Positions 24,337-34,433 of a stretch of 64,000 nt of DNA are shown piece by piece. How positions within the stretch are numbered: position 1 is the stretch's first letter; every line of letters begins with the position of its first letter. The DNA comes from a virus. A program made the position numbers and the translations under genes. The notes beneath the pieces were generated by a model. The model had not been told where the DNA came from and ran no database searches. It saw only the letters and a list, made by a program, of their open reading frames with translations. The stretch is from the IMG/VR virus record IMGVR_UViG_3300036790_000219, positions 1 to 64,000 of that record, one strand, 5' to 3'.

Positions 24337-25569
24337 ATGGTGTTCAAGTATCGTGGTCGGTCCTCGGAAGCAGTATCGCGTCGTGCAAAGCAACAATCCG
24401 GCATTTACGATAGTTACGTTAGTGTAGATGCGTTGTGGTTTAAGGCTAAGGAGGGGGAGAACATAATCCGCATCCTACCCTGGATTTCAGGAACAAACCC
24501 GAAGTTGAAGGACGAAGAGTTCTCGGCAAAATGGGGGGACCATTGGGGTATCGATATCTTCATTCACCGCAACATTGGCCCCGATAATGGCACTTACCTC
24601 TGTTCCGAAAAGATGAATGGGACGCCATGCCCTATTTGTGCGGCACGGGCTGGGGCTGATGAGGAAGAAGCTCAGACGCTCAAGCCACAGAATCGTATTC
24701 TGTGTTGGCTGGTAGACCGCAACGATGAGAAGGCCGGACCGAAGCTGTGGTCTATGCCGCTCGGTACGTCCAAGGATATTAGCGCACGTAGTACCGTCAA
24801 GGGGTCCGGGGAATTATTATTGATTGACGACCCCGAGGAAGGCTTCGATATCTTCTTCGATCGGGAAGGGGAGAAAGCCCGCACACGCTATAATCACGTT
24901 GAGGTTGACCGAGAGCCTAGCTCACTACACAAAAACGAGAAGACACAGAATAAGTGGCTAGCCTACGCAGAGGACAACCTCCTCCCAGAAATTCTGGAGT
25001 TCTACGAAGCTGATTATCTGGAGAAGATACTTTCGGGTCAGATCGAACGTGATGATGAAAGTGCCAGCGACCGAGGCTCACGTCGTGGTCGTCGTGGTGA
25101 GGAAGACAAGGATGGGGAGAACACAACTCGCCGTTCGCGGGGTCGGGACGCGGATCAAGAGGAAGCTGGTGACGAAAAGCCCGCCCGTCGTTCTCGTAGC
25201 CAAGGCAATGAGGAGGAAGGAGGAGAATCAGAAACATTATCCCGTTCTCGCCGTCGTGGTAGAGAGGAAGAAGAGAACTTGGGGGAGAAGGAAAGCCCAC
25301 GTGGATCCCGACATACCCGTGGGCATTCTGAGGAGGAGGAAACGGCAGAAGCAGATGCCGAAGCCGAGTCTGAGAACGAAGGTCGTGAAGCACGAGCATC
25401 TACCCGTCGCTCACGTCGGGGCGACGACGCCGATGAAGAAGCTGAGGAGAAAGCTGAGCCGAAGCGTGGTGAGCGTTATCGCTCAAGTCGAGACGAACCG
25501 GCCGATGAAGCGGAGACGACCGTAGCAGCTGCAAAGGGCCGCTTACGCCGCGTCGGTACTCGGAGGTAG
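24337..25569 (+). CDS. gp32-like ssDNA-binding protein with long charged tail
   Basis: GENIIRILP; YLC..CPIC; Glu/Arg-rich low-complexity C-terminus. Confidence 0.75.
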   Translation: MVFKYRGRSSEAVSRRAKQQSGIYDSYVSVDALWFKAKEGENIIRILPWISGTNPKLKDEEFSAKWGDHWGIDIFIHRNIGPDNGTYLCSEKMNGTPCPICAARAGADEEEAQTLKPQNRILCWLVDRNDEKAGPKLWSMPLGTSKDISARSTVKGSGELLLIDDPEEGFDIFFDREGEKARTRYNHVEVDREPSSLHKNEKTQNKWLAYAEDNLLPEILEFYEADYLEKILSGQIERDDESASDRGSRRGRRGEEDKDGENTTRRSRGRDADQEEAGDEKPARRSRSQGNEEEGGESETLSRSRRRGREEEENLGEKESPRGSRHTRGHSEEEETAEADAEAESENEGREARASTRRSRRGDDADEEAEEKAEPKRGERYRSSRDEPADEAETTVAAAKGRLRRVGTRR

Positions 25570-25634
25570 GGGTATGGGGGCCGATAGGCTAAAAGCCCGC
25601 TCTGGGCCTATTTGCAGGGCGAAGAGAGGGTACT

Positions 25635-26741
25635 TTGGCTGAGAGGTATCGCCCAAGTGCTGAACCAAAGGCTTCAGCTGTCGAAACCGTCTATTTCGGC
25701 AGCAAGAAGCTTGAGTTCATCCCGTCGGGGTGCACGCTGTTGGATTGTGAAGTCAACGGCGGCGGTGCGGACGGCGCTTGGCCACTTGGTCGAATTGTCA
25801 ACATTGTTGGTGATCGTTCAACGGGCAAGACGCTTCTGGCGGAAGAAGCCATGGCAAACTTCTTGCGGAAATACCCGCAAGGAAAAATCTGGTATCGGGA
25901 GACTGAAGCCGCCTTCGATGAGAGCTATGCCCAGGGTTTGGGATTGGACACAGGTAAGATCGACTTTGGCCCTGACGGTTCTGATACTCAATGGGCTACG
26001 ATAGAGGATTTAATTGAAGACTTCCGGGCGCAACTTGATGCCTTCGATGAAAAGGTAATCGCGAGAGCGAAGGCCATTCGGGAATTGCCTAAGAACAAGA
26101 AGATGCAAGTACGGGAGGCGACTGCTCGTGCTCTGCGCGAATCACAGCCGGGGTTGTACATCATCGATTCGTTAGATGCGGTTACCACTGAGGTTGAGCA
26201 GAAGCGTGATATTCGTCAAGGGTCTTACAACCTTGAGAAGCAGAAGCTCCTCGGCGAGTTCTTCCGAACTGAAACACGACGGATACGCCGCGCGCGGATT
26301 TGTTTTATTGTTGTTTCTCAGATCCGCGACCGTATCGGGGCGATGATCAAAGGCAAGAAGTACACTCGTACTGGTGGTAAGTCACTTGACTTTTATGCCA
26401 GTGTGGTGTTGTACCTAAGTGATCTCGGTAAGGTATATGAGCAAGTTAAAGGTATCAAGCGCCCGGTAGCTATTAAGATCAAGGCCAAATGTGAGAAGAA
26501 CAAAATTTCGATGCCTTTCCGAGAGTGCATCTTTGAGCTCCGCTTTGGCTATGGTATTGATGATGAATGGGCCAGCCTTGAGTGGCTCAAAGAGACCAAG
26601 ATGTTAAAAGCGGCGGGCTTTGATGACTTGCCCAAGAGTTTGAAGACCGTGGATTCAAATAAACTTCGTGAAGATGTCAAGCGTATCTGGATGGAGATTG
26701 AGAAAGGCTTTACCCCACCAAAAGGAAAGTACGCCGCATGA
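25635..26741 (+). CDS. RecA/UvsX-like recombinase
   Basis: GDRSTGKT; IIDSLDA; SQIRD; TGGKSLDFYAS. Confidence 0.9.
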   Translation: MAERYRPSAEPKASAVETVYFGSKKLEFIPSGCTLLDCEVNGGGADGAWPLGRIVNIVGDRSTGKTLLAEEAMANFLRKYPQGKIWYRETEAAFDESYAQGLGLDTGKIDFGPDGSDTQWATIEDLIEDFRAQLDAFDEKVIARAKAIRELPKNKKMQVREATARALRESQPGLYIIDSLDAVTTEVEQKRDIRQGSYNLEKQKLLGEFFRTETRRIRRARICFIVVSQIRDRIGAMIKGKKYTRTGGKSLDFYASVVLYLSDLGKVYEQVKGIKRPVAIKIKAKCEKNKISMPFRECIFELRFGYGIDDEWASLEWLKETKMLKAAGFDDLPKSLKTVDSNKLREDVKRIWMEIEKGFTPPKGKYAA

Positions 26742-26974
26742 GTACTGCAAAAGAGACACGAGAACTTGCCGCTTTAGGAAAGGGTTGTTTGGGGAAGGCT
26801 GCAGACAGCGAGCCAGTATTTGTTTTGCGTGGTCAGGATAGGCTCGCGCCACTACTCGTGGGTATGTGGGCCGCTAGTGCGGCACTTTATGGTTGTCCTG
26901 AAGAAAAAATTGTGGAAGCTCAGGCTTTAGCGCAGCAGATGCGGGAGTGGCCCCACAGGAAGAATCCGGATTGA
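26738..26974 (+). CDS. hypothetical protein
   Basis: EPVFVLRGQDRLAP; translational coupling. Confidence 0.65.
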   Translation: MSTAKETRELAALGKGCLGKAADSEPVFVLRGQDRLAPLLVGMWAASAALYGCPEEKIVEAQALAQQMREWPHRKNPD

Positions 26975-26980
26975 CCATAA

Positions 26981-27208
26981 ATGGTTGATTATGATCCAAT
27001 GCGCGCGATTCAACAAGAGTTGGAAGGGTTGAATCAAGTATCCGTCTCAATGAGGCGGCGTCAGAGTGTTGCTGAGGAAGCTATCGCTAAAGCTGAGAAT
27101 GAGCTTAACGATATTAACAAAGTATATGGCTTCCTTAAGATTGAGATTGAGCGCAAGCGCACGATTCTATCTGAGCTTCAAGAAAAGGCAAAAGCGGAGA
27201 CGAGATGA
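26981..27208 (+). CDS. coiled-coil hypothetical protein
   Basis: Heptad-like sequence; coupled ORF. Confidence 0.55.
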   Translation: MVDYDPMRAIQQELEGLNQVSVSMRRRQSVAEEAIAKAENELNDINKVYGFLKIEIERKRTILSELQEKAKAETR

Positions 27209-27732
27209 GGAAAGGCGGTGGCAAAGGCAAAGGTTCGTCGTTCGAACGCAAGATTTGTAAGGAGCTCTCGCTCTGGATATCGAAAGGTAAGCGAAAGGAT
27301 CTGTTCTGGAGAAGTGCAATGTCTGGTGGGCGTTCTACGGTGGGGCGAAAGCGTGGAGAGGACCTCGCACATCAAGCTGGGGATATCAGTGCTGTTCATC
27401 CAGAAGGTCACATTCTAACTAATAGCTACTACATTGAATGCAAGCACTATCGTAGTCTGGAACTCGGACGGTTTCTGTTTGGGGAGGGACGGCTTGCTAC
27501 GTATTGGAGTCAGGCGTGTAGGGAGGCAGAGGCTTATGCGCGAGAACCGATGCTTATTGCTAAGGAGAACTTCACTCCTATCATGGTACTCCTGCGTCCT
27601 GGTAGCTTTGTGCCTAGTCCCGGTGCTGGCCACCCAGGAACCTTTGTTGAGGCAGAATTTGAACCGGCCTGTGTTATTCTAACGCTCAAGAGTATGCTCA
27701 GTCAGTTCATTACGTCAATCTTGAAGGTGTAG
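27205..27732 (+). CDS. Holliday junction resolvase (PD-(D/E)XK, Hjc-like)
   Basis: KGSSFERKIC..SGG..GDI..IECKHY. Confidence 0.8.
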   Translation: MRKGGGKGKGSSFERKICKELSLWISKGKRKDLFWRSAMSGGRSTVGRKRGEDLAHQAGDISAVHPEGHILTNSYYIECKHYRSLELGRFLFGEGRLATYWSQACREAEAYAREPMLIAKENFTPIMVLLRPGSFVPSPGAGHPGTFVEAEFEPACVILTLKSMLSQFITSILKV

Positions 27733-27734
27733 CC

Positions 27735-27920
27735 TTGACGCTCCAGCGTATCAAAGACTATGTCTCATTCTCGTGTGACAGCTGTCCGGAAACCTTTGAG
27801 CCGGAGGAGCCAACGGAAACACCGCGTGTGGCTTGGAAGCAAGCGCAAGAAGCTGGGTGGAAGATTATATGGAGTAACCATCCAGCGCATTATTGTTCAG
27901 GTTGCAAATGTCCCTCCTAA
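27735..27920 (+). CDS. small Zn-ribbon protein
   Basis: CDSC..YCSGC. Confidence 0.5.
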   Translation: MTLQRIKDYVSFSCDSCPETFEPEEPTETPRVAWKQAQEAGWKIIWSNHPAHYCSGCKCPS

Positions 27921-28921
27921 TTACCGCTGATTTACACTTATCCGCTAATCGGCGTGATGACTACCGTTTTAAGGCGATGGAGTATCTCGGCGACTTGATT
28001 GAGAAGCACAAGCCAGAGAAGCTGATCATTCTTGGTGATCTTACTGAGGAAAAGAATTATCACTCTGCTGTGCTGACTAATGATGTTGTGGATTTGATCT
28101 TCAATCTCAGTTGCATGTTGCCCGTTGATATTCTTCGCGGCAATCATGATTACACCGATGCGGATTGTCCATACTTCTTCTTTGTACGTCACATGAAGAA
28201 TGTGCGTTGGATCAACAAGCCAACACTATCACAGGTGTCAAAGGACATGGAGGCGTTATTTCTCCCCCACACACCAGACTACAAACGAGACTGGAAAGGA
28301 GTTTTTGAAGATACTTTCAATACTGGCTCGCCACCTAATTTAATCTTTTGCCACAACACTTTTGAAGGTGCAAGCACAGAACATGGTCATCGGCTGCATG
28401 GAATTCCCACCACAGTCTTCCCGGAAGGAATCCAAGTTGTGAGTGGGGATATTCACACCCCGCAGAAGATTGGTTGTGTGACTTACGTGGGTTCCCCGTA
28501 TACCGTGGATTTTGGGGATGCGTTCGATCCTCGGGTGTTGCTTCTGACTGAAGACAAGATGAAGTCTATTCTAATGGGGGGGCCACAAAAGCGATTAGTG
28601 GAGCTTACTAAGTTTTTGCTGGACCGGTGGGACTGGGCATTCTTGTACGAAGGTGACATCGTCAAGGTTCGTTATACTCTTGATGCGGACGAGCGGGATG
28701 AGTGGCCAGAGATTAAGCAGCGAATCAAGGACAAGCTTACGGAGATGGGGTGTGTACCGTTTCTTATCCAGCCGGTTCTTGAGAAGACCACCATGAAGAA
28801 GATGGCAAAGTCAAAGCACCTAGTCGTGAGCGATGAGACAATTGTGCGTAGCTTCGGCAAACAAGCCAAGGTCTCAGACCATACGCTTGAAACGGGTCTC
28901 AGTCTATTGGAGAAGGGGTAA
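27908..28921 (+). CDS. SbcD/Mre11-like metallophosphoesterase nuclease
   Basis: ADLH, LGDL, GNHD, SGDIH motifs. Confidence 0.9.
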   Translation: MSLLITADLHLSANRRDDYRFKAMEYLGDLIEKHKPEKLIILGDLTEEKNYHSAVLTNDVVDLIFNLSCMLPVDILRGNHDYTDADCPYFFFVRHMKNVRWINKPTLSQVSKDMEALFLPHTPDYKRDWKGVFEDTFNTGSPPNLIFCHNTFEGASTEHGHRLHGIPTTVFPEGIQVVSGDIHTPQKIGCVTYVGSPYTVDFGDAFDPRVLLLTEDKMKSILMGGPQKRLVELTKFLLDRWDWAFLYEGDIVKVRYTLDADERDEWPEIKQRIKDKLTEMGCVPFLIQPVLEKTTMKKMAKSKHLVVSDETIVRSFGKQAKVSDHTLETGLSLLEKG

Positions 28922-29160
28922 TGCCTTTTATAGCCTTTCCCTTGAGATTAAAGGCTAGGATGTCTCAAAATAAAGAACGGCGGCGGACATCAGCACATCT
29001 CTTACCCCATCACCGACGGTGGAGTTGCGTTAGTATTTTTAGGGGTAAGTACGCCGGGTATTCAAATGGTTGGTGGCTTGCGTATAAGAATGTGCCTTGT
29101 ACAGGGCCTTTTAGTACATTTCAGAAATGTGTGTGTTGGTATAGTAACGGCGGAAGATAG
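28921..29160 (+). CDS. hypothetical protein (doubtful)
   Basis: AT-rich ORF exactly filling the gap between sbcD- and sbcC-like genes. Confidence 0.3.
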   Translation: MPFIAFPLRLKARMSQNKERRRTSAHLLPHHRRWSCVSIFRGKYAGYSNGWWLAYKNVPCTGPFSTFQKCVCWYSNGGR

Positions 29161-30989
29161 TGCGAGTTAACTTTCTTGAAGAGACCCTGTCGGATTTTAA
29201 GGCCTTCTCTGGGCAGCACTCGCTTGCCTTAGACCTACCGGGGGTTACCTTCGTTCGCGGTGAGAACCTTATTGCTGAGCGGCTCGGTGCTAATGGAGCC
29301 GCGAAGTCTTCATTGTGGGACGCCCTGTGTTGGTGTCTCTTCGGTCGAACGCCAGATGATCTACGCAATCCAGATGTCATTCCGTGGAGTGGGAGTGGGA
29401 ATCCGAAGGTAGCGGTCAAGGTTCGAATTGAGAGTAAAGAGCGGGTTATCACCCGCACCATCAGCCCAAACAAGCTTCTCCTTGACGGTGAAGAAATAGG
29501 ACAGGATGAGGTTGAAGCTCTTGGGATGAGCTTTGATCTCTTTACCAATACTATCCTTCTGGCACAAGGCCAACCATTGTTCTTTGATCTTCAGCCGAAG
29601 GACAAGATGGACTTGTTTTCAAATACCATGCGGTTGGACCGGTGGGACGTTCGTGCCAAGGCGGCAGACGTGGCGGCTTGCGAAGCCGAAGCGGATCTGG
29701 TGGATTTTGATAGTGAGAAGCGGGGTTTTGAGTCGGCGCTGGCCGAAGTAGAACGTGTTCTGACCACGACGAAGGCACAGTCTGCCACTTGGGTTGCTGA
29801 GCAGCGGAAGTCAACGCGGGATGTAGTAGAGAAGCGTAAGCAGCTACAGGGAGAGTATGATAAGAAGGATAAGCAGCTAGCTGGGGCTATTCTAAAGTTA
29901 GATGGCGTAGGAGCAGAGCTCACTTCGCTAGATAAAGAGTACCGTAAGCAACAAGACGATTTGTCGAAGCTAAATACTGCATTGACTATAGCGAAGATAC
30001 GGGTAGAGGAAGGAAAGGAGAAAGCCGAAGAGATAAGAAAGGCTTTAAGGGAACTCGGCCAAACCCGAATATGCCCTACTTGTCGTCAGCCGGTTAAGGC
30101 CGCTAACCTCGGTGAGCACAAAGCCCACCTAGAAGAGAAGCTTGCACAATTCGAAACAAATATTAAAGCCGGAGTTCCTAAGAAGCTTGTGCAGAATATT
30201 GCTGTTTTAGAGAAGCGGATTGCAGACACACTCTCCTACGCCCAAAGCTTCCAGGCTAAGCATAGCTCGTCTGAGAACGAACGTAATCGGCTCCAGCCAG
30301 AGGTGGCAACACTTAAGGCTCAACTCCAGGAACTACAGCGTGTCATTAAGGATGGGGCTGAGGCTAATCCATATACCAAACAATTGGCTGATTTGCAAAA
30401 GCGACAGAAAGAACTCAATGAAGATATGCTCTCTTGTGATAAGGATATTGCCGAGGCTTCCCGCCGTGCTGAACGTAATAAGTTTTGGGTCAAGGGCTTC
30501 AAGGATATCAAGCTGCAATTAATTGAGGAGGTACTTGAGGAACTTGAGCTCGTGACCAACAGTATGATTGAAGAGGTTGGTTTGGTAGGTTGGGAGGTTA
30601 AGTACGATATTGAACGGGAGACCAAGTCTGGTACGATACAACGCGCTCTCCACGTTCAGATACGTTCTCCACAGAGTAAAGGCTTCGTCAAATGGAAGTC
30701 CTGGTCTGGTGGTGAGAAGCAGCGGCTAAGGCTTGTGGGCGCGCTGGCATTATCAGACGTATTGTTGGCACATGCCGGAGTCGAGGCTAATCTTGAGATT
30801 CTAGATGAGCCAGCGCTATACTGGTCAACGGAAGGTGTACAAGAACTTTGTGGGTTCTTGGCTGAGCGAGCCCGACAGACGAAACGGAGTATTTATTACA
30901 TCGAACACCAAGCGGTGGAATCAACGCACTTCTCAAATACCTTAACTGTGGTGCACGACAAAGATGGCGCATTTATTGAAGGGGGATGA
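29160..30989 (+). CDS. SbcC/Rad50-like ATPase
   Basis: NGAAKSS Walker A; coiled coil with CPTC hook; WSGGE signature; ILDEP. Confidence 0.92.
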   Translation: MRVNFLEETLSDFKAFSGQHSLALDLPGVTFVRGENLIAERLGANGAAKSSLWDALCWCLFGRTPDDLRNPDVIPWSGSGNPKVAVKVRIESKERVITRTISPNKLLLDGEEIGQDEVEALGMSFDLFTNTILLAQGQPLFFDLQPKDKMDLFSNTMRLDRWDVRAKAADVAACEAEADLVDFDSEKRGFESALAEVERVLTTTKAQSATWVAEQRKSTRDVVEKRKQLQGEYDKKDKQLAGAILKLDGVGAELTSLDKEYRKQQDDLSKLNTALTIAKIRVEEGKEKAEEIRKALRELGQTRICPTCRQPVKAANLGEHKAHLEEKLAQFETNIKAGVPKKLVQNIAVLEKRIADTLSYAQSFQAKHSSSENERNRLQPEVATLKAQLQELQRVIKDGAEANPYTKQLADLQKRQKELNEDMLSCDKDIAEASRRAERNKFWVKGFKDIKLQLIEEVLEELELVTNSMIEEVGLVGWEVKYDIERETKSGTIQRALHVQIRSPQSKGFVKWKSWSGGEKQRLRLVGALALSDVLLAHAGVEANLEILDEPALYWSTEGVQELCGFLAERARQTKRSIYYIEHQAVESTHFSNTLTVVHDKDGAFIEGG

Positions 30990-30992
30990 TTA

Positions 30993-31334
30993 ATGGTAAG
31001 TAGACCAAAGGTCTCTGTTGGGCCAAGTCAAGTTGTTTTGCAAACTGGAAGAGGATTATCAGTCCACCAAGATATGCTCACAGCTGAAGAAGCACGGGAA
31101 CTTGCAAAATCATTGATGGCTGCAGCAGATGCTCTAGTCCCCAAAAGGTTGGAGCCACCTAATTCTTATGAGGCTTACCTTTATCATTGGTTGACTAACA
31201 CGTATAGTAAACCAATTGTTGCTCATTGGTTATTGGTAACAAAGAAATGGCAAATGTGTGGAGTTAAAGAGTTATCTACACCGGAGGAAATGTGGATGGT
31301 TGGTTGGCGTTATTTGAAACCAGTTGCTCCGTAA
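30993..31334 (+). CDS. hypothetical protein
   Basis: ORF with RBS. Confidence 0.5.
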   Translation: MVSRPKVSVGPSQVVLQTGRGLSVHQDMLTAEEARELAKSLMAAADALVPKRLEPPNSYEAYLYHWLTNTYSKPIVAHWLLVTKKWQMCGVKELSTPEEMWMVGWRYLKPVAP

Positions 31335-31350
31335 AGCAGAAAGCTGTGCC

Positions 31351-31782
31351 ATGATTACTGACGAAGAACACCCGGAGTTTCTAAAGGCGTGGAAGGAAGT
31401 GCTCCGCCGTTTGGGTGAATGTCTTGGTGATGGTACCCGCGAGTGCAATCAGTACCTACTCCGGGAAATGTTTGATATCACGAAGCGCCACCGAGAAGAA
31501 TGTAAGTTACGAGGCATTGACTTTCCGGTGCTCGTTGCCTTGGTGGTGCCCCGGCTTGGAATTGTAGAGTTCAAGCGTGCCGACCTTGATGCTGCGTCAA
31601 TTCGGATAAGCATTATCAATTTTGTACGCTTTCACCCTGAAGCCAGTATGAGGGAGATAGTTAATGCTTTCAAAAGCGCATACTCGGATTTGAAACCAGA
31701 TGACATCTTGCAGCCCGCCGATATTGGACAACAATCTAACGCAGCCCGTGTCCAGAAAGAGGCCCCTGAGAGAGAAAATTAG
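31351..31782 (+). CDS. hypothetical protein
   Basis: ORF; ATG 31351. Confidence 0.55.
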   Translation: MITDEEHPEFLKAWKEVLRRLGECLGDGTRECNQYLLREMFDITKRHREECKLRGIDFPVLVALVVPRLGIVEFKRADLDAASIRISIINFVRFHPEASMREIVNAFKSAYSDLKPDDILQPADIGQQSNAARVQKEAPEREN

Positions 31783-32155
31783 GTTCTATGCTGGGCTTCT
31801 ATTTCTGGTGTGCGCGGTAGTAGGTCGTATAGGGTGGGGTCTAGGAGAAGACGCTTTATTGTGGAGTAGTATTTTCTGGGTTGGTGTCGTCGCTTTTTGG
31901 CTATTGCTGGGCAACGGTAGCGTTCTTTGTGTTCCAGGGATACTCTGTAATGCACTAGCAACTTTGACAAATGGTGGGAAGATGCCCGTGTACGGTCAGG
32001 AGAACGTAACTGGGTACGCCTGGGTAAAAGGAACTCAAGATAGTCATCTGCAATTTCTTTGTGATCAATTCTATAGTTATAGTATAGGTGACTTTTTGAT
32101 TTTTGCTGGTTTGGCTTCGATATTTGTTTACCGTGTGTTCCTCAAGCGGTGTTAA
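31748..32155 (+). CDS. DUF5317-like membrane protein
   Basis: CNALATLTNGGKMPV..FLCD..YSIGD; start uncertain. Confidence 0.65.
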   Translation: MSRKRPLREKIRFYAGLLFLVCAVVGRIGWGLGEDALLWSSIFWVGVVAFWLLLGNGSVLCVPGILCNALATLTNGGKMPVYGQENVTGYAWVKGTQDSHLQFLCDQFYSYSIGDFLIFAGLASIFVYRVFLKRC

Positions 32156-32161
32156 ACAACC

Positions 32162-32192
32162 CCCTATACTTTTGAAAACAAACGCGCTATAA
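32162..32192 (+). promoter_or_regulatory. putative phage promoter (copy 3, upstream of NusG-like gene)
   Basis: CCCTATACTTT-N15-TATAA. Confidence 0.7.
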
Positions 32193-32226
32193 CGTCAGTT
32201 GCTCTTTCCACGGAGGGCATTCGGTT

Positions 32227-32754
32227 GTGGTTGATTCCCAAGGCACAGTTAACGATCATTGGTTCATAGTCCGAACGCAGTCTCACCGGGAACGTTGGGC
32301 TGCGGAAAACGTTGCCCGTGCCGGTGCGCTCTATTACCTACCTGAGATACTTGAGACAGTTCGAATTGTTGTGCGTGGTGTACGCAAGCGTGAGTTCCGC
32401 CGCCGCCCATTATTTCCCTGCTACCTCTTCGTCAAGACCGAAGGGCAATGGCACTTCCTGCTTACGGCATTTGGCGTAGCAGCAGTCATCACAGGAACAA
32501 ACGGCTCGCCGGGGACCATCCCCGGTAGAATTATATCAGACCTCCGTGATCGAGAAGAGAACGGACTGGTTAGACTCCCTACCCGCTCCCGCTTCAAAGC
32601 AGGAGATCCGGTGCGTATAACCAAAGGCTCCTTTTCTGGGTATGTTGGTATCTACCAGGGGGCATCAGCAACCGACCGTGTACGCGTGTTGCTAGACTTC
32701 CTAAGTCGCAAGACATCGACAATCGTTGCTGAGAATACCTTAGAGGCGGCTTGA
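32227..32754 (+). CDS. NusG/RfaH-like transcription antiterminator
   Basis: WFIVRT..E; PLFPCYLFV; KOW GDPVRITKGSFSG; RVRVLL. Confidence 0.88.
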   Translation: MVDSQGTVNDHWFIVRTQSHRERWAAENVARAGALYYLPEILETVRIVVRGVRKREFRRRPLFPCYLFVKTEGQWHFLLTAFGVAAVITGTNGSPGTIPGRIISDLRDREENGLVRLPTRSRFKAGDPVRITKGSFSGYVGIYQGASATDRVRVLLDFLSRKTSTIVAENTLEAA

Positions 32755-32872
32755 AGCGCCGCAACCCGCGCCAAGGCCAAAACCTCTAGTGTGAGTAACT
32801 GTGATAACGGGAGCGGGTTCGCTCAACGGCAGAGCTTTCCCGCTATTTCTGGTAAGTAAATGAGGGTTTGGA

Positions 32873-33097
32873 ATGAACGGCAACGGTAATTTTCTACCTG
32901 GGCGCGTCAAGTTCTATGATTCACGCAAGGGTTTTGGTTTTATTAAGCCGGACGATGGTTCTCGTGACGTATTCCTGTCGATCAAGGTGTTGCCGAAAGG
33001 CTGTTTGGTACTCACGCCGGATCAAGCAGTGAAGTATGTTCTTGGTGAGGGCAAGAATGGCAAAGGCCCAGCTGCCGAGGAGCTCGTATTGCTGTGA
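32873..33097 (+). CDS. cold-shock domain protein
   Basis: GRVKFYDSRKGFGFI..DVF; GKNGKGPAAEEL. Confidence 0.9.
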   Translation: MNGNGNFLPGRVKFYDSRKGFGFIKPDDGSRDVFLSIKVLPKGCLVLTPDQAVKYVLGEGKNGKGPAAEELVLL

Positions 33098-33417
33098 TCG
33101 ATGTTGGTGGTCAAGTGGTTTGTATTGACGATGATTGGAAGCCTGCCCCCGGACCGTTGGGAATAAGTGCCCCTGTGCGAGGTCAAGTTTATACTGTTCG
33201 TGAGATTGGAAAAGGTGTTACGACTGCTGACGGTTCCCACCACCCAGATTTTGTAGGTATTAAGCTGGAAGAGATTCACAACCCCCCAGATATTCCAACA
33301 CCGGGAAGGGGTGAAGTGGTTTTCAACATTATTGCCTTCCGTCCGGTTAAGAAGACCTCAATCGAGGAGTTTACCAAGATCCTTGATAATGCACCTAAGC
33401 GATTAGAGCCTGCCTAA
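33094..33417 (+). CDS. hypothetical protein
   Basis: Coupled ORF; VVCIDD..VYTVR. Confidence 0.6.
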   Translation: MIDVGGQVVCIDDDWKPAPGPLGISAPVRGQVYTVREIGKGVTTADGSHHPDFVGIKLEEIHNPPDIPTPGRGEVVFNIIAFRPVKKTSIEEFTKILDNAPKRLEPA

Positions 33418-33507
33418 TGCCCGCACAGTTCGTCGTACTCTTTTGGGCATTATTGGCGGCGCTACCATTCCTTTGGTTTGGTATTGTGGTGGAAGAGGAA
33501 AAGTGAC

Positions 33508-33702
33508 ATGCAAACTTTTGTATGTCCTGATGAAATCCTCGATTTGCTAGACGAACCAGAGACCAGAGAAGTGGGTGAGGAAAGGTTGGGTGAGTGGATC
33601 TGTACCCTCCCTGGCCAACTCGGTGATAAGCTACTGTTGCCGTGTGATTGCTGTGGTGCGCTTCACGCTATGATGGAATATGAACCCATATGGCTGCATT
33701 GA
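33508..33702 (+). CDS. hypothetical protein
   Basis: GAGG RBS; ATG 33508. Confidence 0.45.
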   Translation: MQTFVCPDEILDLLDEPETREVGEERLGEWICTLPGQLGDKLLLPCDCCGALHAMMEYEPIWLH

Positions 33703-33870
33703 GCACACTTCTGTTGTTGACGGCCATAGGGGTAGTGCCGGTCCCAGCTAAGATTGTACCACCGGTAGTAGTTCACAATTACTTTGTGCCGCTCGTCCCC
33801 CAAGCCAAATGTGTTTACAGCCACTTTGATAATGGTTACGGATATGAGTGGCGGAACTGTGTAGAGACTT

Positions 33871-34014
33871 ATGGCAACACGCTATTTCCCTAAGCCCGTC
33901 TTTGTACTTCAGAGCAACGGGGTGATGCGGCATTTTACAGTAGGTGTTCATGAAGTGTCGGAGGACTTGGCAACTCATTGGTGGCTCCGCGCTAATTCAG
34001 TCCGCCCTATGTAG
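33871..34014 (+). CDS. small protein, STY1053-like (tentative)
   Basis: MATRYFPKPVFVL..RHFTVGVHEV..HWW, 47 aa. Confidence 0.4.
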   Translation: MATRYFPKPVFVLQSNGVMRHFTVGVHEVSEDLATHWWLRANSVRPM

Positions 34015-34043
34015 GTCCTGGGCCAGTGTCAGTGTCCCCACTC

Positions 34044-34091
34044 CCAGGACGGCCTTGGAAAGGTGAGGCAACGTTACCAGGACGGCCTTGG
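34044..34091 (+). repeat. 15-bp direct repeat CCAGGACGGCCTTGG x2
   Basis: Copies at 34044-34058 and 34077-34091, in a likely non-coding stretch. Confidence 0.7.
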
Positions 34092-34166
34092 GGCTTAGCA
34101 GAAGAGATCCGACGAACATTACGTCAAAGGAGTATCCCGGTGCCTAGTAGTTTTGGTGGTCGTTCA

Positions 34167-34433
34167 ATGGCAGGTGCATTACTTGACGATATTCGTGCTG
34201 ATCTACAAAAGGCATTGGTGAATGCACGGGACGACTCCAAGTTGATTATCTCTGGGGCGATCATAGACCTTGTGAAAGAATTCAAGACCGGTACCAAGTC
34301 GGTGGAAAGGGCTATCCAAGCCGAAGCTATGGCAGTCCGAGACGAGTTTGCCACTATTGTGGGTAATGCTCACGACGCCGCTGAGGATGCAGTGGGGCAG
34401 GCTAAGGACTTGGTTGAGAAGGCCAAGGAGTAG
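34167..34433 (+). CDS. hypothetical protein
   Basis: Amphipathic helical ORF; ATG 34167. Confidence 0.55.
   Translation: MAGALLDDIRADLQKALVNARDDSKLIISGAIIDLVKEFKTGTKSVERAIQAEAMAVRDEFATIVGNAHDAAEDAVGQAKDLVEKAKE

Noticed and set aside
8751-30989. Replicative helicase or RtcB RNA ligase
   Set aside because: No DnaB/SF4 or RtcB motifs seen; they may lie outside the window.
34044-34091. 15-bp direct repeat as pac site or operator
   Set aside because: Only two copies and no supporting evidence; listed as a repeat only.
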